35,776 nucleotides of DNA from a virus (Duplodnaviria > Caudoviricetes). Every line of letters starts with the position of its first letter. Positions within the stretch are counted from its first letter, which is position 1. The notes beneath the pieces were generated by a model. That model worked only from the letters and a program-made list of their open reading frames with translations, made no database searches and was not told the origin of the DNA. The stretch lies in the IMG/VR virus record IMGVR_UViG_3300012952_000051, positions 1-35,776 of that record; one strand, 5' to 3'. This document shows positions 1 through 9,962 of the stretch, piece by piece. A program made the translations under genes and the position numbers.

Positions 1-948
1 AATGACAAAGATTACGGCACTAATCCATGCGCTGAGATTGCTCTTCGCCCATATCAGTTTTGTAATTTAGTTGAAGTAAACGTATCTAATATTGAATCAC
101 AAGAAGACTATGAGAATCGTTCGCGCGCTGCCTCTTTCATAGCAACGTTGCAAGCGGGGTACACAGATTTCCACTATCTAAGAGATGTCTGGAGAAGAAC
201 AACAGAAAAAGAAGCTCTCATTGGTGTTAGTATGACAGGAATCGCGTCAGGAAAAGTTTTAGATTTAGATATGTCTTCTGCCGCAAAGCTTGTAAAGAAA
301 GAGAATAAAAGAGTAGCAGAACTAATAGGTATAAATTCATCAGCGCGCTGCACGACTGTTAAGCCAGCCGGCACCACGTCTTTGGTGCTGGGAACGTCCA
401 GTGGTATACACGCATGGCATAGTGATCACTACATCAGAAGAATAAGAGTCGGGAAAAACGAGGCTATTTACAGTCACCTTGTAAAAAATCATCCTGAATT
501 AATCGAAGATGAATATTTTAGACCTCATGACACAGCTATTATTTCAATACCCCAGAAAGCACCTGCCTGTGCTATAATGAGAACAGAATCAGCACTGCAA
601 TTATTGAGAAGAGTGAAATCTGTCAGCAATCTTTGGGTTAAACCTGGCCATCGATCAGGACAAAATAGTCACAACGTGTCCGCAACAATATCTGTTAAAG
701 AAGCTGAGTGGATTGACGTTGGAGAGTGGATGTGGGACAATAGAGATTGTTATAACGGTCTGTCAGTGTTACCATATGACGAACACACTTATAAGCAAGC
801 TCCTTTCGAGGACTGCTCTACAGAGACTTATGAAAAGATGTTTGAAAATTTAACTAAAGTTGATTTATCTAGTATTATAGAAGAAGACGACAATACTGAT
901 CTAAAGGGAGAACTAGCCTGCGCCGGCGGCGCATGTGAAATAACGTAA
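1..948 (+). CDS. nrdJ: Ribonucleotide reductase, probably class II (B12-dependent); 5'-truncated by the window edge
   Basis: Frame 1 is open from base 1 (NDKDYGTNPCAEIALRPYQFCNL). Contains the NPCxE active-site motif, TTVKPAGTTS, and C-terminal ACAGGACEI redox cysteines. Confidence 0.85.
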   Translation, partial: NDKDYGTNPCAEIALRPYQFCNLVEVNVSNIESQEDYENRSRAASFIATLQAGYTDFHYLRDVWRRTTEKEALIGVSMTGIASGKVLDLDMSSAAKLVKKENKRVAELIGINSSARCTTVKPAGTTSLVLGTSSGIHAWHSDHYIRRIRVGKNEAIYSHLVKNHPELIEDEYFRPHDTAIISIPQKAPACAIMRTESALQLLRRVKSVSNLWVKPGHRSGQNSHNVSATISVKEAEWIDVGEWMWDNRDCYNGLSVLPYDEHTYKQAPFEDCSTETYEKMFENLTKVDLSSIIEEDDNTDLKGELACAGGACEIT

Positions 949-1223
949 TGGAAGTAGTACCAGTTAATAGATTTATTTCGATTGAGCCAATTGTAGAGGA
1001 AGAAGAAAGCAATGACGCGCCTATCTTGGTGCCTGATAACTTTAGACCAAAGACTTTACACGGCACAGCCAAAGTTTTAGGCGTCGCAAGTGATTGTAAT
1101 ATTATGATCGGCCGCGGCGACCGAGTTATCGTAGATAATTCTATGATTCAAGAGATAAACGTTGGAGAAGAGACTACATATTTAATTCTTGAAAATCATA
1201 TTCTTTGTGTCTTAGAGGATTAA
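948..1223 (+). CDS. groES: Co-chaperonin GroES-like protein
   Basis: 91 aa with N-terminal VPVNRFISIEP, ILVP mobile loop, GDRVIV and YLILENHIL, matching the GroES/T4 gp31 pattern. Confidence 0.75.
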   Translation: MEVVPVNRFISIEPIVEEEESNDAPILVPDNFRPKTLHGTAKVLGVASDCNIMIGRGDRVIVDNSMIQEINVGEETTYLILENHILCVLED

Positions 1224-1227
1224 TATC

Positions 1228-1815
1228 ATGGGCTCTATATTATTATTAATCGCGGCGAGCTTTGTCGCGACAGCGGATTTTTGTGAGCAAGATGCTCTAA
1301 ACTATGATAACATTGTGTCCGTTGCAATGAAGAATTGCAAAAATGCTAGGCCTGAAAATATTGATCCAGAGTTGTTATGGTCTTTGGTTGAGGTAGAGAG
1401 GAAATATGATGTCCCCTACGAACTTCGCGGTATGATATTGGCTGCAGCTTGTATGGAGTCTGGCTATAATCCAGAGGCTAAAGGCGACAGAAAGTTCAGC
1501 AAGAATAAAAAGAAACCAATGGCGATAGGCATCTTGCAGCAGTGGCCGATATACGAGAGGGCATATGGCGCAGTAAGAACCGATCCGGTGTCCGCCGCTG
1601 ATACTTGGATGAGGCACATCGTGAAAATGTTACCAAAAGTTAAAAAACAGTGCAAGTACCGTACTGAAAGGCGACAATGGATTGCCGCTTGGGTTACAGG
1701 AATTAGGTACAAAAAGCCCGGTGGTCGTTGTAAGGAAACACCAAAACACTTAAAATTACTAAACCGCTGGCACCGTGAAGCGAGAAGAAGATCCTGTGCA
1801 GAAGACGGATGTTAA
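1228..1815 (+). CDS. Secreted lysozyme-like/lytic transglycosylase (SLT) protein
   Basis: N-terminal hydrophobic signal; ILAAACMESGYNPEA and AIGILQ resemble SLT motifs I and II. Confidence 0.65.
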   Translation: MGSILLLIAASFVATADFCEQDALNYDNIVSVAMKNCKNARPENIDPELLWSLVEVERKYDVPYELRGMILAAACMESGYNPEAKGDRKFSKNKKKPMAIGILQQWPIYERAYGAVRTDPVSAADTWMRHIVKMLPKVKKQCKYRTERRQWIAAWVTGIRYKKPGGRCKETPKHLKLLNRWHREARRRSCAEDGC

Positions 1816-2611
1816 GATAAAAGATCATATATATGATTATGAACAAGTTGTTATTGGAGGTGATTTAAATGCTATCTTATACGCATACAAAACGAATAGT
1901 GTACTCATCTGTAATACTCATGGCTGCACTTTTCCTTTCGACAAAACCGATCATGACATTACTCTGGGGACCCTAGACTTTCCAAAAGGAAGTTATATAA
2001 GAGATATCAGGAACATTCTTATTTATGATATGTCCCTGCAGGGTAGAGTGCCATATGGCGATACCGCAGCCTCCCTGACCATAGACCAAACCGAAAACAA
2101 AATCTCGGTTTTTAAAAATTTTTCCCGGGTCAATTTTTCCAGATTTTCGAACTTGAGAATATTCGACCTCAGTAACATTAATGGTATTGAATATGATCCT
2201 GTCACTGTAGTTGGCAATAGAGTTTTTGATTGGTTTGACGTTAGATCTGGTATGAAGCATAAATATGATGCCCTAACTGATGAATCTAATTTTTGTAGAA
2301 ACATACATTTTTATTTATCTTGGAGAATTGATGGAAACCGTGATAAAAAAGATCTTGTTTGCGAGTCGTGGCTAAATGATGAACAATTGCGCGATATAGA
2401 CTACTCCGACTCTATTTCTAGATTGAAGGTCATAAAAATGATGCAACAGGCAGGAATAAAAGGAACTGGAAACGGCCAGGGTAGATGGCTGCCAATAAAA
2501 ATAGAATTGTGGAAAAGAGAGATATTTCCGGTTATTGAGTTTGATTATTTTGAAAAAGATAATATTGTTATTGACAACCGTACCGTAGAAGATGTATTAT
2601 TGGAAGGATGA
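1775..2611 (+). CDS. Hypothetical protein with a degenerate Rossmann-like N-terminus (start may be GTG 1796)
   Basis: 278-aa ORF; YEQVVIGGDLNAILYA resembles a dinucleotide-binding beta-alpha unit. Confidence 0.55.
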   Translation: MKREEDPVQKTDVKIKDHIYDYEQVVIGGDLNAILYAYKTNSVLICNTHGCTFPFDKTDHDITLGTLDFPKGSYIRDIRNILIYDMSLQGRVPYGDTAASLTIDQTENKISVFKNFSRVNFSRFSNLRIFDLSNINGIEYDPVTVVGNRVFDWFDVRSGMKHKYDALTDESNFCRNIHFYLSWRIDGNRDKKDLVCESWLNDEQLRDIDYSDSISRLKVIKMMQQAGIKGTGNGQGRWLPIKIELWKREIFPVIEFDYFEKDNIVIDNRTVEDVLLEG

Positions 2612-3429
2612 GTGGATTTCATCTAGCCGGTATTGTTCCTGTCGCAGGACAGCCTTTTAACTATAATATGCCTTGGCACGATTGTATGATGCCTCTAGCA
2701 CCTGATTATCTGGCTGTAGAGAGGAGTGTCTTAGAATGTGCATATGCGGGTTGTGAGACAATATGGGTTATTTGTAATGACGATATGCAACCTTTAATAA
2801 GGTATCGTTTGGGCGACTATGTGCAAGACCCAATTTGGGCTTTTAGAAAATATGATAGAAACATATCTGAAAGTCAAAAAATCATTCCGATATATTATGT
2901 GCCTATCCATCCACGCGATCGTGCAAAGAGAGATTGTTTGGGCTGGAGCGTCTTGTACGGCTCTTATATGTCTTGGAAAATATCTAGAGGCATGAGTAAG
3001 TGGCTGGCGCCCAACAAGTATTATGTATCTTTTCCATATGGTGTTTATAAAGTTTCTTTTTTGAGAGAACACAGAAGAGAAATATCTTCAGATAAAACAT
3101 TCTTGTTGACAAATAATGGAAAAAGTATAATAGATGGTGAGTATCTTGGATTTACAACAGATTTTGAAGAAACTAAAAGATTGACCAAATATCTAAAGTA
3201 TGAAGCAACAGAAAATTATGCCCACGGCCCAAAAAACTTTAGCTTAAAAGAAGTATTTGAAACAATAGACTTCAAAGACCCAGAGATAATAGAAATCGAC
3301 TACTATTGGAATATAGACAGCTGGGACAATTATTCAAAATATATCTCAGAAATTGATGGTAAAATCCAGCGTCCATCGAAGAACATTCTAAATTATCATG
3401 AATTTAATAAAATAGGAGTGGATTCATAG
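2608..3429 (+). CDS. Nucleotidyltransferase-fold (NTP_transferase-like) protein
   Basis: N-terminal LAGIVPVAG...CMMPL, AGCETIWVI and C-terminal YWNIDSWDNY resemble sugar-nucleotidyltransferases. Confidence 0.5.
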   Translation: MSGFHLAGIVPVAGQPFNYNMPWHDCMMPLAPDYLAVERSVLECAYAGCETIWVICNDDMQPLIRYRLGDYVQDPIWAFRKYDRNISESQKIIPIYYVPIHPRDRAKRDCLGWSVLYGSYMSWKISRGMSKWLAPNKYYVSFPYGVYKVSFLREHRREISSDKTFLLTNNGKSIIDGEYLGFTTDFEETKRLTKYLKYEATENYAHGPKNFSLKEVFETIDFKDPEIIEIDYYWNIDSWDNYSKYISEIDGKIQRPSKNILNYHEFNKIGVDS

Positions 3430-3439
3430 ACTTAAGATG

Positions 3440-3446
3440 CTATTTA
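3440..3446 (+). promoter_or_regulatory. Putative late-promoter motif CTATTTA
   Basis: Intergenic; the same CTA(T/A/G)TTA motif precedes several acidic/virion-like genes. Confidence 0.4.
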
Positions 3447-3462
3447 TGTAGAGGTGTGAATT

Positions 3463-4095
3463 ATGGAATATTCGAGAAATGATTTAAAGAAATTTATTAA
3501 AGGTGTCCTAAATGAAAAAAAGGAAACTTTTCTATTACACGAAAACGAAGGGCCTTGTTGGGCTTCAATAATGGATTCTCTAACAAATCTACAAAGAGAA
3601 GATCCGCAAGCTTTTAAAAACTTGATTACTTCTCTCAGCAATGCTTACGCCCAATATGTTGGTTCATATACACCAGAATGTGAGCCAGCCCACGGCTCAG
3701 CCGCTAGTTTATTGTGGGGTAAACAAGGCCAACGCGATCGTGCGCAGTTCGCGGACTTGGCTAGTAGACTACCGGGTGGCAAGAATATATCGATGACTCC
3801 AAAAAAACCCAGAGTCACCAAAACCATGGAAGAAAACTATGATTACCCAGAAGGCGGTAAAACAGTTAGGGGAGAACCTCATTATCTTCCTGGCGAAGAA
3901 CCTATAAACGTTGGCAAAAATGTAGTAGCTGACGATGATGCAGGTAAAATATTAAGCACAATTGATGCTGTTATCGAGATGGACGTTGAAGACTACCAAT
4001 CACAAGGATATGATTATGAGGAAGCTCTTCAATTAGCTCGCGAAGATGCAGCGCAGACTTTAGAGATAGTTTTAAACGATCTAGACAATAACTGA
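3463..4095 (+). CDS. Hypothetical acidic protein, possibly virion-associated
   Basis: 210 aa with SD GAGGTG; N-terminal LKKFIKGVLNE amphipathic leader. Confidence 0.6.
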   Translation: MEYSRNDLKKFIKGVLNEKKETFLLHENEGPCWASIMDSLTNLQREDPQAFKNLITSLSNAYAQYVGSYTPECEPAHGSAASLLWGKQGQRDRAQFADLASRLPGGKNISMTPKKPRVTKTMEENYDYPEGGKTVRGEPHYLPGEEPINVGKNVVADDDAGKILSTIDAVIEMDVEDYQSQGYDYEEALQLAREDAAQTLEIVLNDLDNN

Positions 4096-4102
4096 GGATG
4101 TA

Positions 4103-4972
4103 ATGATAAAGAACGTCTTGGATACGGTGGGCTTCACACCGTTGATACAGCTAGATGATATGCTGTATGCAAAATTTGAAGCTTTTAACCCCACTGGCTC
4201 CATAAAAGACAGGATGGTACATTACATTTTGAAAAGCTCAAAAGCTAGAGGAAAACTAAAAGACGGCGATACGATAATTGAAGCGTCTTCTGGTAACACT
4301 GGCATTTCTATCTCTATGATGGGCTCTGTTATGGGTCACAATGTTATCATTATAATGCCAAAAAATATGAGCAATGAACGTAAACAAATGATCCGGCTCT
4401 TCGGAGCAGAGATAATAGAAGTAGGCGTCAATGATTTTAAGGGCGCGATTGCCCTAAGAGATCAAATGTTGCAAGAAAACGAAGATTATTTCTCTCTGCA
4501 ACAATTTAGTAATCAATTAAACATTGATTGCCACAGGGAAACGACGGCACAAGAAATAATTTATCAGCTAATGAATGATCGGGGAGACAAAAGAATATCT
4601 GCTTTTGTTTCGGGCGCAGGCACGGGTGGTACTATTATGGGTATCAGCAAAAGACTAAACAGTATGAAAATGGGAACTAAGATAATTTTGGTTACGCCCT
4701 ATGAGTCAGCCCAAGAACACGGAATTCAAGGCATCGGCGACGGCGGAGATTATCTTGTCGATAGAAAACAAGTAAATCAAGTTGTCAAAATTAAAACTCT
4801 CGATGCAACAGAAAGAGCCAAGAGGCTGGCTAGAGAAAAAGGTTTGCTGGTCGGCATTAGCTCAGGCGCAAATGTTTTGGCAGCAGAACAGTGGATAAAA
4901 GAAAACAATCCAACGTTGCCAGTCGTAACAATCTTGCCGGATCGTGGCGAGCGGTATTTAAGTTTATTTTAA
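4103..4972 (+). CDS. cysK: Cysteine synthase (PLP-dependent, CysK/CysM family)
   Basis: KFEAFNPTGSIKDR (PLP lysine), EASSGNTG, GAGTGGT, GISSGAN, ILPDRGERYLS. Confidence 0.93.
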   Translation: MIKNVLDTVGFTPLIQLDDMLYAKFEAFNPTGSIKDRMVHYILKSSKARGKLKDGDTIIEASSGNTGISISMMGSVMGHNVIIIMPKNMSNERKQMIRLFGAEIIEVGVNDFKGAIALRDQMLQENEDYFSLQQFSNQLNIDCHRETTAQEIIYQLMNDRGDKRISAFVSGAGTGGTIMGISKRLNSMKMGTKIILVTPYESAQEHGIQGIGDGGDYLVDRKQVNQVVKIKTLDATERAKRLAREKGLLVGISSGANVLAAEQWIKENNPTLPVVTILPDRGERYLSLF

Positions 4973-4974
4973 TC

Positions 4975-5003
4975 TTGACTTTTTTCGCTAGCTGCGGTAT
5001 ATT
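4975..5003 (+). promoter_or_regulatory. Sigma70-type promoter TTGACT-17-TATATT
   Basis: Near-consensus -35/-10 with 17-bp spacing, upstream of the 5033/dnaE operon. Confidence 0.7.
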
Positions 5004-5032
5004 AGTTATACACTATGATTTGGAGGTGAAGT

Positions 5033-5284
5033 ATGTCTGAGAAGACAAAAGACGAGCACGTCATCGAGTTTATTAAATCTTTCAAAGAGGTCGAAGACCA
5101 GATGGAGCCATTTAAAGAGCACAAGAGAGATTTGAGAAAGAATTATGTAGAAAACTCTTGGCTTACAAAAGATGAGATACGAGACGCCATCCGCGCCTAT
5201 AGAATGATCTCTAAAGATGAGGATTTTGATCAGCTACATGTAATTTATGATAAGATTATGAAGTCTTTTCGAGGTGTTAAATGA
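5033..5284 (+). CDS. Small helical protein, possibly GapR/DsbA-like dsDNA-binding
   Basis: 83 aa with SD GGAGGTG; EFIKSFKEVEDQM...KRDLRKNY...EIRDAIRAYR resembles DUF2312/T4 DsbA. Confidence 0.45.
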   Translation: MSEKTKDEHVIEFIKSFKEVEDQMEPFKEHKRDLRKNYVENSWLTKDEIRDAIRAYRMISKDEDFDQLHVIYDKIMKSFRGVK

Positions 5285-8200
5285 CAGAGCGAGTTGAAAG
5301 CAAGATTCCGTTTGTCGGCCTACACGCCCACAGTGTAGCCGGCTCTCCTTTTGATGGATTTGGATATCCCAACGAACATATGGACTTTGCATATGCGAAT
5401 GGGTGCGATGCCCTAGCATTGACTGACCATGGCAATATGAATGGCTTCTCTCACCAGCTTCTGCATTTAAAGAAGATGAGAGAAGCAGGTAAAGACTTTA
5501 AGGCGATCTTTGGTGTTGAAGCTTATTTTACCACATCAGTAAAAGAATGGAAAGAAGCATATGAAAACGCGAAAAATGATAAAAAGTCAGCGAAGACCCT
5601 TGAGAAAAACGACACAAAGATGTCAATCGAAAACGAAGGGGCTTCAAAACAAAGCAACGGTATCCTCAAAAGAAGGCGGCACCTTGTACTACTCGCCCAG
5701 AACCAAACTGGTCTCAACAATATCTTCAAGATGGTATCGGAATCGTACCAGGGAGACAATTACTATCGGTACCCGCGCGTCGACTATGAATTACTTAAGA
5801 AATATGGAGAAGGAGTCATCGCTAGCTCCGCATGTCTTGGTGGAGTATACGCTGGAAACTATTGGGAGAATAGGGATGAAGGCGAAGATGCTGTGCTTGA
5901 AGCTATGCGAGAGACTACCCGTAATATGGTAGATATCTTTGGTGACAGGTGGTTCGGTGAAATTCAATGGAACAATATTCCAGAGCAACACGAGTTAAAC
6001 CAGTATGTCATCAAGATGCATGAAGAGTTCGGTATCAATTTGGTATCGACTGCCGACAGTCACTATCCTAATCCCACGGCCTGGAAAGATAGAGAGCTTT
6101 ACAAGCGCCTAGGTTGGATTGGCCGTAGCCGCCCAGAGTGGATGACTGACGAGCTTCCTATCGATGTCGATGAGATTGGGTATGAGCTATATCCAAAGAA
6201 CGGTGATCAGATGTGGGAAAGCTACAAGAAGTATTCCGAGGGTCATGATTATGACGATGATGTTGTTTTTAAATCAATAACAAACACCCATCATATTGCG
6301 CATGAACTAATCGAAGAGTTTGATCCTGACACGGAAGTCAGATTGCCTGGGTTTGTTGTACCGCCAGACTCAACAGCAGATGAAACTCTACGCAAGTTTT
6401 GTTTTGAGGGACTCAAAAGCATGGGTCTATATACCAGAAAGGATTATGTGGAGAGACTTGAAACAGAGATCGACGTAATTGAAGACAGAGGATTTAGCAA
6501 GTACTTTTTGACAATGAAGGCGGTTGCTGACAAATCAAATGAAGTTATGCTCACAGGTCCTGGTCGAGGCTCTGCGGCTGGCTCTCTTGTTGCTTATGTG
6601 TTGGGGATTACACAAGTTGACCCGATAAAGTATGGACTTCTATTTGAGAGATTCCTTCGCAAAGATGCCACAGACTATCCGGATATTGACTTTGATGTTG
6701 CTGAGCCAATGGAGATTAAAGAGTATTTGATGGAAGAGTGGGGCAGAACAACAGTTGTTCCGATCTCTAACTTTAACACTCTACAACTTCGTTCTCTTAT
6801 TAAAGATATTTCAAAGTTTTACAACGTTCCGTTTGTCGAGGCCAACTCGGTAACTTCTAGAATGATTCATGAGGCCACGCCCATGGCCAAGCAACGCCAT
6901 GGGATTAAATCTGGTGTTTATGTTCCGACATTTGAAGAAGTCATGGAATTTTCAGTAAGCTTGCAGAGCTTCTTTAATAAGTATCCTGATATCAAGACAC
7001 ACGTTGAAGCTTTGTATGGGCAGGTCCGTGCAGTCAGCAGGCATGCCGGTGGTGTTGTTATTGGAGAGGAATTGGATAGGCACATGCCTCTTATCCAGTC
7101 AGGTGGTGTCTTGCAGACTCCATGGTCAGAAGGCCAGAACGTCAGGCACCTTGAACCTCTTGGCTTTATCAAGTTTGATGTTTTAGGCCTTTCGACTCTT
7201 CGCATGATCGAGGGCGCGATCGGGCATATCCTAACGAGGCATCATGGTGTAGAATCTCCAACCTTTGAACAGATCAAGAAGTTCTATAACGAGAAGCTCC
7301 ACCCAGATGTCTTAGACCTTAATGATAATGATATCTACAAGAATATCTTTCAAGCAGGAAAGTTCGCAGGAATATTCCAGTTTACTCAAAAAGGAGCACA
7401 AAACTTCTGTAAGCGCGCTGAGCCAGATAACATTATTGACCTTTCTGCAATCACAAGTATTTACAGGCCAGGACCTTTGGGTGCTGATGTTGACAAACTT
7501 TATGTGAGAGCGAAGAAAAGCCCAGAAGATATCAGCTATGTTCATCCGATTGTAGAGAAGGTTACAAAGGAAACTTACGGCTTCCTTATTTTCCAAGAGC
7601 AGATCGCTATATTGGCTCACAAGCTTGGAAAAGATATCTCTCTTGACGAAGCTAATCTTCTGCGCAAGCTGCTTACAAAGAAAGGTACCGGCAAGGGCGC
7701 ACGAGATAAGAGAAAGATTGAGACAAAGTTTGTTGAGGGATGTAAAGAAAAGGGAATCGACGAGACAACAGCAAATCAGCTATGGCAGAAGTTCGAATAC
7801 TTCTCCGGATATGGCTTCAACAAGTCTCATGCTGTCTCTTATAGTATTCTTAGCGTGCAATGCGCATGGCTTCTAAATTACTATCCTGCGGAATGGATGG
7901 CTGCTTTCCTTGACAAAGAGCCTGAAGGAAGAAAGGAAGAAGCTATCAATATCGCCAAGCAGGCTGGTTTTGATATTAGAGATCTAGATGTTAATACTTC
8001 TGGAGTTCAGTGGGAAATCAGCGAAGATGGAACAACTCTTATCCAACCTTTGACTTCTATTAAAGGATTGGGAGATTCAGCTACAGAGCAGATTCTTAAG
8101 AATCGCCCTTTTAATGATATAGATGATTTCCTATTTAACGAGAACGTTGTTTATTCTAAGTTAAACAAAAAAGCATTGGACGTTCTATGTCGTTCGGGAG

Positions 8201-8703
8201 CTTTAGATTCATTTATCGACGATAGATTTACAGGGGCCAAACACTTTTGGACTTCTGTCGCAGTCGAGAGACCAAAGAATCCAAAGAAGTTTAAAGAAAA
8301 CATAGAAGAGTACGCTCCAGAAGGTAATTTTACAGAAGAAGAGAAGATTGAATATATTTCTTCACTAACTGGCATTTTTCCTATTGACATGGTGGTCGAT
8401 AAAGATGTACAATCTAAGTTGAATGATTATTGTGTTCCTCCTATTGGAGAGTGGGATAACGAGTTGGGCGTTGCCTGGTTTATTCCGAGAGAAGTAATCA
8501 AGAAAAAAACAAAGAACGGAAAGCTTTATTGGATTGTTAGGGTGATTGACGCAACTTCAACGATGACAAGCATTAAATGTTGGGGCGTCAGAGATACTGA
8601 CCAGCTACACTTAAACAGGCCATACATGGGCAAGCTTGACTATAGCGAGCAGTGGGGCTTTTCAACGAGGTCAACGTACCACAACTTCAGGTTATTGGGA
8701 TAA
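5281..8703 (+). CDS. dnaE: DNA polymerase III alpha subunit (family C)
   Basis: PHP domain (HAHS, TDHG, ADSHY), GPGRGSAAGSLV, PDIDFD, RHAGGVVI, IKFDVLGL, YGFNKSH; 1140 aa with no evident intein. Confidence 0.96.
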   Translation: MTERVESKIPFVGLHAHSVAGSPFDGFGYPNEHMDFAYANGCDALALTDHGNMNGFSHQLLHLKKMREAGKDFKAIFGVEAYFTTSVKEWKEAYENAKNDKKSAKTLEKNDTKMSIENEGASKQSNGILKRRRHLVLLAQNQTGLNNIFKMVSESYQGDNYYRYPRVDYELLKKYGEGVIASSACLGGVYAGNYWENRDEGEDAVLEAMRETTRNMVDIFGDRWFGEIQWNNIPEQHELNQYVIKMHEEFGINLVSTADSHYPNPTAWKDRELYKRLGWIGRSRPEWMTDELPIDVDEIGYELYPKNGDQMWESYKKYSEGHDYDDDVVFKSITNTHHIAHELIEEFDPDTEVRLPGFVVPPDSTADETLRKFCFEGLKSMGLYTRKDYVERLETEIDVIEDRGFSKYFLTMKAVADKSNEVMLTGPGRGSAAGSLVAYVLGITQVDPIKYGLLFERFLRKDATDYPDIDFDVAEPMEIKEYLMEEWGRTTVVPISNFNTLQLRSLIKDISKFYNVPFVEANSVTSRMIHEATPMAKQRHGIKSGVYVPTFEEVMEFSVSLQSFFNKYPDIKTHVEALYGQVRAVSRHAGGVVIGEELDRHMPLIQSGGVLQTPWSEGQNVRHLEPLGFIKFDVLGLSTLRMIEGAIGHILTRHHGVESPTFEQIKKFYNEKLHPDVLDLNDNDIYKNIFQAGKFAGIFQFTQKGAQNFCKRAEPDNIIDLSAITSIYRPGPLGADVDKLYVRAKKSPEDISYVHPIVEKVTKETYGFLIFQEQIAILAHKLGKDISLDEANLLRKLLTKKGTGKGARDKRKIETKFVEGCKEKGIDETTANQLWQKFEYFSGYGFNKSHAVSYSILSVQCAWLLNYYPAEWMAAFLDKEPEGRKEEAINIAKQAGFDIRDLDVNTSGVQWEISEDGTTLIQPLTSIKGLGDSATEQILKNRPFNDIDDFLFNENVVYSKLNKKALDVLCRSGALDSFIDDRFTGAKHFWTSVAVERPKNPKKFKENIEEYAPEGNFTEEEKIEYISSLTGIFPIDMVVDKDVQSKLNDYCVPPIGEWDNELGVAWFIPREVIKKKTKNGKLYWIVRVIDATSTMTSIKCWGVRDTDQLHLNRPYMGKLDYSEQWGFSTRSTYHNFRLLG

Positions 8704-8975
8704 TGGGAAGCTTAAAAAGAAAGATGGCTCGCAGTAAACAAAAGAGAGCCAAAAAAGATCTAAAGCAAAAGATAGGCTTGTTCGATAAACTCGAAGATGA
8801 ATGTTTGACTTGCCAGAAACCTTTTGACAAAACTTCAAAGGAACACGCACAAAGTTGGTTTGTAGCTGTTAGGAAGCAAGAGGGCAAAGTTAATTTATAT
8901 TGTCCAGAGTGTTGGAACAGAGCACAAGAGATCATTAAAGACTACGGAGAAAAACTTAATGAAAGAAAGAATTAA
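8703..8975 (+). CDS. Small basic zinc-binding protein
   Basis: ATG overlaps the dnaE stop (TAATG); CLTC...CPEC. Confidence 0.65.
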   Translation: MGSLKRKMARSKQKRAKKDLKQKIGLFDKLEDECLTCQKPFDKTSKEHAQSWFVAVRKQEGKVNLYCPECWNRAQEIIKDYGEKLNERKN

Positions 8976-9222
8976 AAGATTTTTATCAGACCTATGGTAT
9001 TGCTTGGTGGTTATTACACTAATAACAGTATTATCTGTGCCGCTCGTATTGCCATTAGTAACCGCGTTCCATCCGCTACTTGTTGTGCCATACTATGGAA
9101 CCCTATGGTGGATTGCAGGAATGCATTTCTTAACAAGAAAGCATCTTTCAATAAAAAAAAGAAAGAAGTGTTGCCCGTCAAAAAAATCAGTAAAGGAGTT
9201 TCATGATGATTTTGGAGTATAG
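8959..9222 (+). CDS. Small membrane protein
   Basis: Two hydrophobic segments and a basic tail; overlaps both neighbours. Confidence 0.55.
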   Translation: MKERIKRFLSDLWYCLVVITLITVLSVPLVLPLVTAFHPLLVVPYYGTLWWIAGMHFLTRKHLSIKKRKKCCPSKKSVKEFHDDFGV

Positions 9223-9742
9223 CCTACGTGAAGGGGCTAAGAAGCCGGATAGAGCTAATCCTAGCGATGCTGGACTAGATGTGTTTTATTGTCCTAAAGA
9301 TCCTAGCGTGTCAGCGGTTACGATCAATCCAGGCGAGAATCACCTTTTGCCAACTGGCCTAAGTTTCGGTATCCCACACGGATATATGTTACAAGTCTGT
9401 AATCGTTCGAGCATGGGAGCAAAGAAGTCTCTAGTTGTTGGCGCACATATTGTTGATAGCGGATACGATGGAGAAGTTTTCATTGATCTACATAATATAG
9501 GAAAAGAAACACAACACGTCGTAACAGGAGACAAGATAGCTCAGTTAGTTTTAGTTCCTGTTGTACATTTTCGTGCTAAAAGTGTTGACGACGAATCAGA
9601 TGGCTTGTATAAAACACCCATAACTATATCGGGCAGAGGCGCCGGAGCGTTGGGTTCAACAAACAGCAAAACAAGTAAATCAGCCGTCGATGATGCAAAA
9701 TTGACAGAAGTATTAAAAGACTGGCTGCCAAACGGTTTTTGA
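9203..9742 (+). CDS. dut: dUTPase (trimeric)
   Basis: AGLDV, NRSSMG, IVDSGYDGE, GDKIAQL and RGAGALGST motifs. Confidence 0.95.
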   Translation: MMILEYSLREGAKKPDRANPSDAGLDVFYCPKDPSVSAVTINPGENHLLPTGLSFGIPHGYMLQVCNRSSMGAKKSLVVGAHIVDSGYDGEVFIDLHNIGKETQHVVTGDKIAQLVLVPVVHFRAKSVDDESDGLYKTPITISGRGAGALGSTNSKTSKSAVDDAKLTEVLKDWLPNGF

Positions 9743-9743
9743 T

Positions 9744-9962
9744 ATGAAAAAGAAAGAGACAGTAGATCATCCAGATCATTATAATAAAGGTATTGAAGTG
9801 ATAGATTTTATAGATTCCTGGGATATGGATTTCAATACTGGAAATGCTATCAAGTATTTGTCGCGACACAAATACAAAAATAAACCGCTAGAAGATTTAC
9901 AAAAAGCCAAGTGGTATATTGAGAGATTAATAGATAACCTAGAGAAGAGCAACAATGAATAA
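9744..9962 (+). CDS. DUF3310-family phage protein (T7 gp1.7-like)
   Basis: VDHPDHY, IEVIDFI, GNAIKYLSR, EDLQKAKWYI. Confidence 0.85.
   Translation: MKKKETVDHPDHYNKGIEVIDFIDSWDMDFNTGNAIKYLSRHKYKNKPLEDLQKAKWYIERLIDNLEKSNNE

Noticed and set aside
5281-8703. Intein or intron in dnaE
   Set aside because: The length (1140 aa) is normal, the motifs are contiguous, and no intein splice or LAGLIDADG motifs were seen.
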